From Candidatus Blackburnbacteria bacterium RIFCSPHIGHO2_01_FULL_43_15b (lineage in GTDB: Bacteria; Patescibacteriota; Microgenomatia; UBA8517; UBA10165), in assembly GCA_001816385.1 (NCBI GenBank), contig MHBW01000006.1:1-24000 (forward strand): a stretch of 24,000 bases of DNA, given 5' to 3'. The notes below the pieces were generated by a model. The model saw only the letters and a program-made list of their open reading frames with translations. It was not told the origin of the DNA and searched no databases. A program made the translations under genes and the position numbers. Shown piece after piece: positions 1-8,163 of this stretch (the first letter of the stretch is position 1; each line of letters opens with the position of its first letter).

Positions 1-24
1 GTTGCGATTCAATCTGGAATGTAG

Positions 25-30
25 GTATAA
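25..30 (+). promoter_or_regulatory. Candidate -10 box (TATAAT) for the helicase gene, consistent with a leaderless transcript
   Basis: TATAAT at 25-30 is followed by 7 nt (tttcccc) and then ATG at 38. No Shine-Dalgarno site in between. The -35 region lies off or at the window edge. Confidence 0.35.
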
Positions 31-37
31 TTTCCCC

Positions 38-1522
38 ATGACCCCTGCTGTTAAACCAAAGGCTTACAGTGTTGAGGGAATTAGACAGACCTTTACTAAA
101 GCCTATGCTCAATGGACTGAGGAAGAAGACAATTTATTAAAAAGTGCCCACGAGGAGTTTGTTAAGTTAAATAAACCAGAGGAGAGTTTCATCTTAGAAT
201 ATGCCGAAAAGTTTGGTAGAAAGCCTGGTGGTATTAGATCCCGAATTGCTAAACTGCTAAACGGAGAAATTACCTATAAAAATAGTCGTCATCCTGCCGA
301 CAAAGTCGGGCGTATTCCACTTGTTTCAGTATCCTCAACTAAGATTACACTTCCAGACCATTTATCTTCTGACCAGAAATTTGTTTTAGAATCCTTACTT
401 TCTTGGATTAAAAATCCTAAAAATGGGTTTATTACTGTAGGAGGCTATGCTGGTACTGGAAAAACCACTATTACGGCAATTTTGCGAACTCTTCTTAAAA
501 AACAATCACCAAATTTATCAGTTAGCTTTGCTTGTTTTACAGGAAAAGCCAGCCAAGTTTTAAAATCTAAGTTACTTGAACAAAAAGCAATGTTTAAAGG
601 AGACAGTATTGGTACTCTTCATTCTTTAATGTATAAACCAAAAGTAGATAAAAATGGCCAGATTATTGGTTGGGGAAAAGTAAGTGATATTGATAGGGAT
701 TTAATTGTTATTGATGAGGCTTCAATGATAACCCAAGATATGTGGAGGGATATTTGCTCATATGGAGTTCCCATTATTGCTATTGGAGATCATGGTCAAC
801 TCCCACCTGTAGGAGACAGTTATAGTTTAATGAATAATCCACAGCTTAGGTTAGAAACCATCCATAGACATGCCCAAGATAATCCAATATTACAAGTTGC
901 CACTCTAGCCAGAACCACTGGTAAAATTCCGTTTCAAGATTTCTCCTCAACTGTGAGAAAAGTTGCCAGAGGTACCCAGGAAGCCCAAGAAATAATTGAT
1001 AAAATATTTAATAGCTTTGATGACAATACCCTGATCCTTTGTGGCAGAAATGCTACCAGGGTCAGACTTAACCAGCAAATCAGAAGTAGGCTAGATTTTT
1101 TATCTGATGAGCCAGTCATTGGTGAACAGGTTATTTGTTTGAAAAATAACTACAAAAATTTAACCAGACCTATTTACAATGGCATGATTGGCAAACTGAT
1201 TAAACTTGCTCTATCAGATAAACATTGGTATGAAGCAGAGATATTATTCCATGGTGAAGAAGTACCATACCAAGGTAGAATCTCCAGGTATCAATTTCAC
1301 AAAGAAAAATATTTAGCAGAAGTAAAAGGTATTCACTACAAAGAGATTGGTGACAGGTTTGATTTTGGCTATGCTCTGACAGTCCATAAATCTCAAGGCT
1401 CCCAAGCAGATAGAGTACTCCTTTTTGAAGAACCATCAACCTACTGGGAAGATGAGCTCTGGAGTAGATGGTTATATACAGCAGTTACCAGAGCAGTCAA
1501 AGAATTGTATATTATTGGGTAG
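38..1522 (+). CDS. SF1B (RecD/Pif1/Dda-like) DNA helicase with an N-terminal Myb/SANT-like segment
   Basis: ORF 2..1522. Motifs: Walker A GGYAGTGKTT, Walker B LIVIDEASM, GDHGQLPPV, and C-terminal YALTVHKSQGSQ with a WLYTAVTRA tail, typical of AAA_30/UvrD_C_2 helicases. The N-terminal ~80 aa carry WTEEEDNLL...GGIRSRIAKL. I prefer ATG at 38 (7 nt after TATAAT) over the TTG at 2. The gene could still extend off the window. Confidence 0.85.
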   Translation: MTPAVKPKAYSVEGIRQTFTKAYAQWTEEEDNLLKSAHEEFVKLNKPEESFILEYAEKFGRKPGGIRSRIAKLLNGEITYKNSRHPADKVGRIPLVSVSSTKITLPDHLSSDQKFVLESLLSWIKNPKNGFITVGGYAGTGKTTITAILRTLLKKQSPNLSVSFACFTGKASQVLKSKLLEQKAMFKGDSIGTLHSLMYKPKVDKNGQIIGWGKVSDIDRDLIVIDEASMITQDMWRDICSYGVPIIAIGDHGQLPPVGDSYSLMNNPQLRLETIHRHAQDNPILQVATLARTTGKIPFQDFSSTVRKVARGTQEAQEIIDKIFNSFDDNTLILCGRNATRVRLNQQIRSRLDFLSDEPVIGEQVICLKNNYKNLTRPIYNGMIGKLIKLALSDKHWYEAEILFHGEEVPYQGRISRYQFHKEKYLAEVKGIHYKEIGDRFDFGYALTVHKSQGSQADRVLLFEEPSTYWEDELWSRWLYTAVTRAVKELYIIG

Positions 1523-1762
1523 TACTTAAGTTAAAGAAGTGAATAGAAGAAAGACGCGAAAATTTCCCCAGCTCGAAAAGAATTTAACAAAATTAATGAA
1601 GTGAGCGAAGGCCGATCCCGAGCGAAGCGAGGGAGAGGCCTGAGCTTCGACAACGAATGCGATTTGTTTTTTGCGGTAGGATTTAGGTAGCGGTCGGAGT
1701 TGCGATTAAAGTTGGGAACAGATTGAGCTTGGCGTTGATGTTTTTGTTAGGAGAGAAGCGAA

Positions 1763-1818
1763 GGCAGCAGTCGGCAATTCCTTTTCCCCTTGAACCCCTT
1801 TTCCTTGCCGACGCTGCC
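1763..1818. other. Long imperfect hairpin in non-coding DNA, function unknown
   Basis: ggcagcAgtcggcaa (1763-1777) pairs with ttgccgacgctgcc (1805-1818), giving 14 bp with one bulged A. The 27-nt loop is pyrimidine-rich (ttccttttccccttgaaccccttttcc). Confidence 0.5.
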
Positions 1819-1841
1819 GTAGCGAACGTCAGTAATTTCTG

Positions 1842-2213
1842 TTAAAATAAGTTCGAGCAATTTGGTACAATGGCTCCAATCCCCGAGTTGGCGGGGCGGC
1901 GCGCAGCGCCGCCCATTGATTTACCTCTTTGCCACGGGCTTTTTGGTCGGAAAGAAAAAAGAAAGCCGAAAGATTCTTTATTTTGCCTGGAAAGCTGTTT
2001 TATTGTTTCTGGCAAGCTGTCAAAAGAACGAAGTTGCCCTATGTATTTTGAAATTTCGGTTCTGGTTTTGATGATGTAATGTGTGCCGCGGCTGCGTACA
2101 TCATTTTTAGAGATAGGCATTTTGTTTTCTTCTCTTAGTAACTTGTTGACTATCTTAACTCCAATTCTCAAGCTATCCGCAATAGTTCCATCAAAATCAA
2201 AGATGAAATTCAT
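1842..2213 (-). pseudogene. Truncated HAD-superfamily hydrolase (phosphoglycolate-phosphatase-like N-terminal part only)
   Basis: The minus ORF begins MNFIFDFDGTIADS, which is HAD motif I (DxDxT). HAD-like sequence continues to about LPETIKQLSRQNKESFGFLFS, then decays into GC-rich sequence (GGAARRPANSG). The ORF is ~123 aa, and I expect ~200+ aa for the family. No motif III/IV (K, GDxxxD) is seen. TATAAT on the minus strand (plus coordinates 2219-2224) lies 5 nt before the ATG at 2213. Confidence 0.55.
1894..1914. other. Perfect 9-bp all-GC hairpin at the point where HAD homology decays
   Basis: gggcggcgc-gca-gcgccgccc, a perfect inverted repeat. It is locally far more GC-rich than its surroundings and has no flanking T-run on either strand. 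Confidence 0.5.
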
Positions 2214-2246
2214 AGCCAATTATACATCGCGCCGCGCTACTTGTAC

Positions 2247-2274
2247 TTGACCACCTGATCCATTATGTTACACT
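2247..2274 (+). promoter_or_regulatory. Candidate sigma70-type promoter of ftsZ (TTGACC-16-TACACT), near-leaderless
   Basis: TTGACC at 2247-2252, a 16-nt spacer, and TACACT at 2269-2274. The ATG at 2283 is 8 nt after the -10 box, with no SD. Confidence 0.4.
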
Positions 2275-2282
2275 AGTGCCAG

Positions 2283-3497
2283 ATGGCACTTGTCAAGCCC
2301 GATACATCACGCCTTGCAAAAATTAAGGTTATTGCTGTTGGTGGTGGTGGCGGAAACTCAGTCAACCACATGATTGAGGAGTCTCATATTGAAGGTGTTG
2401 AATTCATTGCCGTTAACACAGACGCGCAAGTTCTTCTTAATAACCCCGCGGAAACTAAACTTCAAATTGGTGAAAAGTTAACCCGCGGGTTGGGATCAGG
2501 CGGAAATCCCGATATGGGCAAACAGGCGGCAGAAGAATCCAAAGAAAAAATAAAAGAGATGCTTTTGGATTCAGATATGGTTTTTTTAACGGCGGGAATG
2601 GGTGGAGGAACAGGCACGGGAGCAATATCGGTTATTGCCCAGGCGGCCAAAGAAGCTGGAGCTTTGACAGTTGCGATTGTAACCAAGCCGTTTGCGTTTG
2701 AAGGAACGCGGCGAATGGTTGTTGCCGAGGAGGGAATTGAGGCTTTGCAGCCTAATGTTGACGCATTGATTGTTATACCCAACCAGCGCTTGATGGATGT
2801 GATTGATCGAAGAACAACCTTGTCAGACGCGTTTAAAGTTGTTGATTCAGTTCTTTCTCACGGCGTGCAGGGAATTTCGGAGATTATTACTACTCCGGGA
2901 CTTATTAACGTTGACTTTGCCGATGTCCGGGCGATTATGAAAGATGCCGGTTCTGCTTTGTTGGGTATCGGAACTGGAGTGGGGGATAATCGGGCTCAAA
3001 TGGCTGCTCGGGCGGCAATTTCTTCTCCGCTTTTGGAAGTCTCGATCGAGGGTGCAAAAGGAATTTTGTTCAATATCGCCGGAGGGTTGGATATCACGAT
3101 GGCCGAAGTTGACGAAGCGGCAAGAATAATTTCGGAGTCGGCGGATGCTGATGCAAACATTATATTTGGAGCATCCATAAATGAGAAATTGTCAGATCAG
3201 ATGAGAATTACAGTTGTGGCAACTGGATTTGATGAAGTGCGCTCCCGTTTGGGGAGAATGGTTGTCCCAAAACCGGTTGTGCCAAGTGCTCCTCAGGGGA
3301 TTGTCAGTGCGCCGCCGCAGCCAGTTCCCAACCCTGCAACTTTTGCTGGCTCAATTTTTGCCAGACCCGTCCAGACCCAGCCCTGGGTGGAAAATAAATA
3401 TAGCGAAGAACGCAATAGTGTTGCTTTAGAAGATAGGGAAAAAGACGAGTGGGGCGAGAAGTTCGAAATCCCCGCTTTCTTGAGACAAGGAAGGTAG
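2283..3497 (+). CDS. ftsZ: Cell division GTPase FtsZ
   Basis: Motifs: GVGGGGGNSVNHM, the tubulin signature GMGGGTGTGA, GLGSGGNPDMG, and the C-terminal conserved peptide EIPAFLRQGR after a Pro-rich linker. Confidence 0.97.
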   Translation: MALVKPDTSRLAKIKVIAVGGGGGNSVNHMIEESHIEGVEFIAVNTDAQVLLNNPAETKLQIGEKLTRGLGSGGNPDMGKQAAEESKEKIKEMLLDSDMVFLTAGMGGGTGTGAISVIAQAAKEAGALTVAIVTKPFAFEGTRRMVVAEEGIEALQPNVDALIVIPNQRLMDVIDRRTTLSDAFKVVDSVLSHGVQGISEIITTPGLINVDFADVRAIMKDAGSALLGIGTGVGDNRAQMAARAAISSPLLEVSIEGAKGILFNIAGGLDITMAEVDEAARIISESADADANIIFGASINEKLSDQMRITVVATGFDEVRSRLGRMVVPKPVVPSAPQGIVSAPPQPVPNPATFAGSIFARPVQTQPWVENKYSEERNSVALEDREKDEWGEKFEIPAFLRQGR

Positions 3498-3532
3498 GAT
3501 ACCCCTCTAAGGTCTCGCCTTGCAAGAGCAGA

Positions 3533-3561
3533 TTGACATGAGAAGAGGATGGGGATAGAGT
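3533..3561 (+). promoter_or_regulatory. Candidate sigma70 promoter (TTGACA-17-TAGAGT) upstream of ileS
   Basis: TTGACA at 3533-3538, an exactly 17-nt spacer, and TAGAGT at 3556-3561. This predicts a ~190-nt 5' leader before the ileS ATG at 3760. Confidence 0.45.
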
Positions 3562-3759
3562 GACTCAAATATGCAATTTAGAGCTTTCCTTCGACCAGCC
3601 ATATCTATTATCATTAATAGGTAAACTTGTGCTGGTTTCTTGAAAAAGAACTAAATAGGAAACCAACTCGCCCAGGCTGGTATTTTTGTATCAAAATGAG
3701 CAGAGAAACATTGGCGCTGGAAAGGGAGGTTGAAGCCTTCTTAAGAAAACAAAGAGGTC
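3562..3759 (+). promoter_or_regulatory. Long structured ileS 5' leader, a possible cis-regulatory RNA of unresolved class
   Basis: accagc (3594-3599) can pair with gctggt (3631-3636), enclosing the hairpin ctatta-tcat-taatag (3605-3620). Alternatively it can pair with ggctggt (3675-3681). AGGCUGGUA at 3674-3682 resembles the T-box core GGGUGGUA. An AAGGGAGG stretch at ~3722-3731 and AAGAGG just before the ATG are both SD-like. Confidence 0.3.
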
Positions 3760-6660
3760 ATGGCTAAATTTCAACCCGTTGATCCAAAGGTAGATTTTAT
3801 AGCTTTAGAAAAAAAGCTTCTTTCGTGGTGGTATGAAAATGGAATTGTCGATAAATACCTTCACAAAAACGATACGTCTGACAAAAACTTCTCCTTTTTG
3901 GACGGGCCAATAACTGCAAATAACCCGATGGGTGTACACCACGCATGGGGCCGAACTTACAAAGACCTTTTCCAGAGGTTTAAAAATATGCAGGGCTATA
4001 AGCAGCGCTTCCAAAACGGGTTTGATTGTCAGGGACTTTGGGTTGAAGTTCAAGTGGAGAAAGACTTGGGGTTAAAATCCAAAAAAGATATTGAGAATCT
4101 GGTTGCCGGCGATGTTAAAGCAAGTATTGCCAAGTTTGTCGAGTTATGTAAAGAGAGAGTATACAAGTTTTCTGCGGTACAAACTGAACAATCCAAACGT
4201 TTGGGCTATTTTATGGATTGGGATAATTCCTACTTCACACTTTCTAATGACAATAACTACATGATTTGGACTTTTCTAAAAAAATGTCACGAAAAAGGTT
4301 TGATTTACAAAGGTCACGATTCTGTTCCCTGGTGCCCCCGTTGTGGTACGGCAATTTCCCAACATGAAATGTTGACGGAGGATTACAAAGAAGTTACACA
4401 TGAGTCGATTTTTGTGGAATACCCGATTGTGGGGCGAGAAAATGAATATTTACTGGTTTGGACCACAACCCCCTGGACTTTGCCTGCAAACGTTGCGACA
4501 GCTGTGGACCCGAATTTGGAGTATGCGGAGGTTGAAAAAGATGGCAAGTCGTATGTGGTTGCCAAAGGTGCGGTGGAAAGGGTGTTGGGTAAAGGTGGGG
4601 GAGTAAGGGTAGTCAGGGAATATAAAGGGGAAGACATTGCGGGATGGGAATATATGGGGCCTTTTGATCACTTGCCGCGCGTGCAAAAAACTATGAATGA
4701 ACAGCCGCACAAAGTTGTGGCAACTAATCCGATTGTTTTGCCGATCAACACAGAAGAAGGAACTGGCTTGGTGCATATCGCCCCTGGAGCCGGAGCAGAA
4801 GATTTCCAACTTGGGAAAGAGTTAAATTTGCCGGTTATTGACGCAATTGACGAAGAGGCGAATTATCTTCCCGGGATGGAAGAATTTTCCGGACAGAATG
4901 CAAAAGATCACTCGGAGATAATTTTAAACTATATTAAAGAGCTGGAAAACGGAAAGTACTTTTTCGACACACTAAAATATACACACAGGTACCCGGCCTG
5001 TTGGCGTTGCCATTCTGAACTTGTCTGGCGGGTTGTTGATGAGTGGTATATTTCGATGGATCCACTTCGTGACCCAATGAAAAAGGTTGCCAGGAAGGTC
5101 TCATGGATTCCTGAATTTGGGCTGAAGAGAGAACTTGATTGGTTGGATAACATGCATGACTGGCTGATTTCCAAAAAGAGATACTGGGGTTTGGCCTTGC
5201 CAATTTGGGAATGCCAAGTTTGTGGAGGGTTCCAGGTGATAGGTGATGAGAAAGAGCTTAGAGAAAAAACATTTGAAGGCTGGGATGAGTTCGAAGGACA
5301 CTCCCCTCACAGACCTTACGTGGATGAAATAAAAATAAAGTGTGAGAAATGTGGCGGTAAGACTGCCCGCGTTCCTGATGTTGGCAACCCATGGCTTGAC
5401 GCGGGAATCGTCCCTTTTTCAACAATGCCAAAAGAATGGTTTCCCGCAGATTTTATAACTGAAAGCTTTCCCGGGCAATTTAAAAATTGGTTTTATTCAT
5501 TAATTGCTATGAGCACGGTATTGGAAAATGAAGAACCATTCAAAACTGTTTTAGGTTTTGCGACTTTATATGCCGAAGACGGGAGGCCAATGCACAAAAG
5601 TTGGGGAAATATGATTGAGTTTAACGAAGGCGCAGACACAATCGGCGTTGATGTTATGCGCTGGATGTATGCCAAACAAGACCCCGCAACAAATATGCTT
5701 TTTGGCTACAAAGCTGGAGAGCAAACAAAGAGGCAATTTTTATTAATGCTTTGGAATATTTATAACTTTTTTGTATTAAATGCCAACGCAGACGAATGGG
5801 ATAACACGAATATTAGCGATTCGAAACATGTACTTGATCGATGGATTACGGCAAGACTGGGAGGGACTTTAAATGTGGTTACGGAATCTTTGGAAGGTTA
5901 TGACGCAAGAAGTGCGACTTTGGCTATTGAAGGATTTGTTCAAGATCTCTCTTTGTGGTATGTCCGCAGAAGCCGCGACCGGATTGGACCCAACGCAAGT
6001 GATATAACAGATAAAAGAAATCAGAATTTCTCTTCAACTCCGTATAAAAATAATTGCTACTCGACTCTCTATAATGTGCTTTTAACTCTCTCAAAAATTC
6101 TTGCGCCATTTATGCCATTTATATCGGAAGAAATATATAAAAATTTAAGTGGCGAGGAATCAGTTCATCTTGCTTCCTGGCCGGCTATGCACGAGAAATC
6201 CGCTGAAGAAAGTAAATTGGTTGAGCAGATTGAGCTTGCACGAACAGTAGTCGAAAGAGGACACGCGGCACGAAAGGTAGCTGGTATTCCTGTGAGACAA
6301 CCATTGGCCAAAGTAAAGGTAATTTATTCAAATGAAGCATTGCAAGATGATATACTTCAACTGATCAAAGAAGAACTTAACGTGAGAAGTGTGGCATGGG
6401 AAGTGGGAGATGTGAGTGAGCCGGAAGTAACTTTAGACACAAATATCACACCAGAACTTGAGGAAGAAGGAAAAGCGCGGGAGTTGGCAAGACTTATTCA
6501 AGATGAGCGGAAAAAGTTAGGCACTCCCTTGAGTGCAAAAGTTACAGTTATCGCGCCTTGGGTTCCGGAAAATCCACAAGTTGTCGAATGGTTAAAGAAG
6601 CGAACACTCTCTTCTGAAATTTCCAAAGGTGATACACTTTACGTAGAGTGGGAATCTTGA
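3760..6660 (+). CDS. ileS: Isoleucyl-tRNA synthetase (type-2-like/GxHH subfamily)
   Basis: 966 aa. Motifs: LDGPITANNPMGVHHAWGRTYKD (HIGH region), GFDCQGLWVEV, WLISKKRYWGLALPIW, a Cys-rich zinc knuckle CPRC...CWRC, GRPMHKSWGN (KMSKS region), and a C-terminal LEEEGKARELARLIQDERKK tail typical of IleRS. Confidence 0.95.
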   Translation: MAKFQPVDPKVDFIALEKKLLSWWYENGIVDKYLHKNDTSDKNFSFLDGPITANNPMGVHHAWGRTYKDLFQRFKNMQGYKQRFQNGFDCQGLWVEVQVEKDLGLKSKKDIENLVAGDVKASIAKFVELCKERVYKFSAVQTEQSKRLGYFMDWDNSYFTLSNDNNYMIWTFLKKCHEKGLIYKGHDSVPWCPRCGTAISQHEMLTEDYKEVTHESIFVEYPIVGRENEYLLVWTTTPWTLPANVATAVDPNLEYAEVEKDGKSYVVAKGAVERVLGKGGGVRVVREYKGEDIAGWEYMGPFDHLPRVQKTMNEQPHKVVATNPIVLPINTEEGTGLVHIAPGAGAEDFQLGKELNLPVIDAIDEEANYLPGMEEFSGQNAKDHSEIILNYIKELENGKYFFDTLKYTHRYPACWRCHSELVWRVVDEWYISMDPLRDPMKKVARKVSWIPEFGLKRELDWLDNMHDWLISKKRYWGLALPIWECQVCGGFQVIGDEKELREKTFEGWDEFEGHSPHRPYVDEIKIKCEKCGGKTARVPDVGNPWLDAGIVPFSTMPKEWFPADFITESFPGQFKNWFYSLIAMSTVLENEEPFKTVLGFATLYAEDGRPMHKSWGNMIEFNEGADTIGVDVMRWMYAKQDPATNMLFGYKAGEQTKRQFLLMLWNIYNFFVLNANADEWDNTNISDSKHVLDRWITARLGGTLNVVTESLEGYDARSATLAIEGFVQDLSLWYVRRSRDRIGPNASDITDKRNQNFSSTPYKNNCYSTLYNVLLTLSKILAPFMPFISEEIYKNLSGEESVHLASWPAMHEKSAEESKLVEQIELARTVVERGHAARKVAGIPVRQPLAKVKVIYSNEALQDDILQLIKEELNVRSVAWEVGDVSEPEVTLDTNITPELEEEGKARELARLIQDERKKLGTPLSAKVTVIAPWVPENPQVVEWLKKRTLSSEISKGDTLYVEWES
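6011..6049 (+). repeat. 39-nt segment inside ileS homologous to the tandem repeat at 22294-22364
   Basis: ataaaagaaatcagaatttctcttcaactccgtataaaa aligns to 22294-22333 (ataaaagaaattaagaatttctcttcaactgtgtataaaa). There are 36 identities, 1 indel and 3 mismatches, including a 17-nt exact core agaatttctcttcaact. In ileS it encodes roughly DKRNQNFSSTPYK. Confidence 0.7.
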
Positions 6661-7739
6661 AATCAGTTGATTGGTTTTTATTTGCTCCGGCTGTTTTTTT
6701 AGTGATTTTGGGCGGGTTGGTTTTGTCAAGTGTTTCTAAAAACGTATATCCCGAACACTTCATTTTTTTGTTCTTGGCTCTGGTGATATTTTTTATTGCG
6801 ACAAAAATTGATGTTGATTTTTTGTTTTCCATATCGGGGTTTCTCTATATTTTTTCTTTACTATTATTGGTTTCAACCTTAGCTTTGGGCATATTATATC
6901 CGGGCGTTGTGACCCGCGGCGCCAGCCGTTGGATTTATTTGGGCCCATTTGTTTTTCAGCCTTCAGAATTGATAAAGCCTGCGCTTATTTTATTTTTTGC
7001 CAACGTTGTTTCCTCGCGTACCGGATTTTTGCGATTTTTTCTGGCTCTGGCGACTTTTCTACCGGCCTTTATTCTTGTGGCGCTGCAGCCGGATTTGGGG
7101 TCTGCCATTGTTTTGTCTGCAGGATTTTTCGGGATACTTTTCTTCGGAGGAGTTTCCTTGCGTATGTTTGCAGGAGCCTTTGTTTTTCTGGCAGCAGTTT
7201 CACCTGCCGCCTGGCAGTTCTTAGCTGTATACCAAAAAACGCGAATTTTGACCTTTTTATCTCCAACGGCCGATCCGCTGGGAGCAGGGTATAATTCTTT
7301 GCAAGCTGTGATTGCAATAGGCAGCGGAGGCTTTTTGGGTCGCGGTTTGGGACAGGGGACTCAAAGCCAGCTGTCATTTTTACCAGAGCGCCACACCGAT
7401 TTTATTTTTGCTGCGCTGTCTGAGGAGTTAGGGTTTGTTGGAGCAATATTGGCAGTAGTTGCGTTCTGTCTAATTTTATACAGATTAATTGTAATAATTA
7501 GGCGGCAAGAGGATGTTTTATTGCAAAGTTTGCTGGGAGGCATATTTTTTATCTTTTTTGCCCATATTATTGTTAACGCGGGCATGAATATGGGTGTTTT
7601 ACCAATAACCGGAATCCCCTTGCCTTTTGTGTCCTCAGGAGGGTCTTCGCTTTTATCCATGTCGGTACTGTTGGGTATTGCGTCAGGAATTTCTTCCAGG
7701 TTGAAAACAGGCTCGATACGCGATACAATATTGATCTAG
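6648..7739 (+). CDS. SEDS-family peptidoglycan glycosyltransferase (FtsW/RodA)
   Basis: Polytopic membrane protein with LQPDLGSA, GSGGFLGRGLGQGTQS, LPERHTDFIFAALSEELGF and PLPFVSSGGSS motifs. The start is GTG at 6648, or TTG at 6657 overlapping the ileS stop as TTGA. Confidence 0.9.
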   Translation: MGILKSVDWFLFAPAVFLVILGGLVLSSVSKNVYPEHFIFLFLALVIFFIATKIDVDFLFSISGFLYIFSLLLLVSTLALGILYPGVVTRGASRWIYLGPFVFQPSELIKPALILFFANVVSSRTGFLRFFLALATFLPAFILVALQPDLGSAIVLSAGFFGILFFGGVSLRMFAGAFVFLAAVSPAAWQFLAVYQKTRILTFLSPTADPLGAGYNSLQAVIAIGSGGFLGRGLGQGTQSQLSFLPERHTDFIFAALSEELGFVGAILAVVAFCLILYRLIVIIRRQEDVLLQSLLGGIFFIFFAHIIVNAGMNMGVLPITGIPLPFVSSGGSSLLSMSVLLGIASGISSRLKTGSIRDTILI

Positions 7740-7741
7740 AT

Positions 7742-8059
7742 ATGCAAAGGTACGCAGTAATTCAGGCCGGGGGACACCAATACCAAGTTAACGAAGGAGA
7801 CGAACTGTTGTTGGACAAATTATCAGCAGGAGTTGGGGAGGCTATAGAATTCGACCATGTGGTTTTAGTTTCAAACGATGGAGAGGTTTCGTTGGGCAAT
7901 CCATTTGTTATTGGAGCAAAAGTTAAGGCGCAGGTCTTAGGGGAAGAAAAAGGAGAAAAAATTCGGGTTGCAAAGTATAAAGCTAAGTCCAGATACCGAA
8001 AAGTCAATGGTTTCAGGGCACAGTTAACCCGTGTGAAAGTTGAAAATATAGTCCTCTAG
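7742..8059 (+). CDS. rplU: 50S ribosomal protein L21
   Basis: MQRYAVIQAGGHQYQVNEGD... is the canonical L21 N-terminus. 105 aa, starting 2 nt after the SEDS gene stop. Confidence 0.95.
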   Translation: MQRYAVIQAGGHQYQVNEGDELLLDKLSAGVGEAIEFDHVVLVSNDGEVSLGNPFVIGAKVKAQVLGEEKGEKIRVAKYKAKSRYRKVNGFRAQLTRVKVENIVL

Positions 8060-8119
8060 CCTTAGAAAATCCCCTACTTTCTCTTCTCAAAGCTGTATAA
8101 CTACATCAAAATAGATGTA

Positions 8120-8148
8120 TTGACAGGTGTGAAAAAGAGTACTATATT
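8120..8148 (+). promoter_or_regulatory. Candidate sigma70 promoter (TTGACA-17-TATATT) between rplU and rpmA
   Basis: TTGACA at 8120-8125, a 17-nt spacer, and TATATT at 8143-8148, 15 nt upstream of the rpmA ATG. Confidence 0.45.
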
Positions 8149-8163
8149 TAACATGGTCATTCA

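Noticed and set aside
1862-2079. Two 69-aa plus-strand ORFs antisense to the HAD fragment
   Set aside because: They are mutually overlapping, run through the GC hairpin, and have low-complexity translations with no start context. A non-coding antisense transcript is possible and is noted in the findings, but not a protein.
3562-3759. Calling the ileS leader a bona fide T-box riboswitch
   Set aside because: There is only a partial match to the T-box core. I could not find a Stem-I specifier loop presenting an AUC/AUU codon followed by a purine, the AG-bulge or distal-loop motifs, or a terminator or clear sequestrator helix. I kept it only as an unclassified candidate leader.
3900-5630. Divergent class-I signature motifs in IleRS (GVHH instead of HIGH, PMHKS instead of KMSKS, CQGLW instead of CHGLP) as a sign of a non-canonical or inactive paralogue
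   Set aside because: From memory, a recognised IleRS subfamily (for example Bacteroidetes-type enzymes) uses a G-I/V-H-H variant of the HIGH box. The catalytic Lys of KMSKS is retained. The protein is full length, with editing and anticodon-binding regions. It is most likely subfamily-typical rather than anomalous, though an alignment should confirm this.
6929-7377. Overlapping ORFs inside the SEDS gene (6929-7294, 6997-7224 plus strand; 7069-7377 minus strand), and similar ones inside the O-antigen-ligase-like gene (13148-13582) and the GT-C-like gene
   Set aside because: They are alternative frames of confidently assigned membrane-protein genes. Their translations are Cys/Phe/Arg-rich nonsense typical of off-frame reading of hydrophobic coding sequence.
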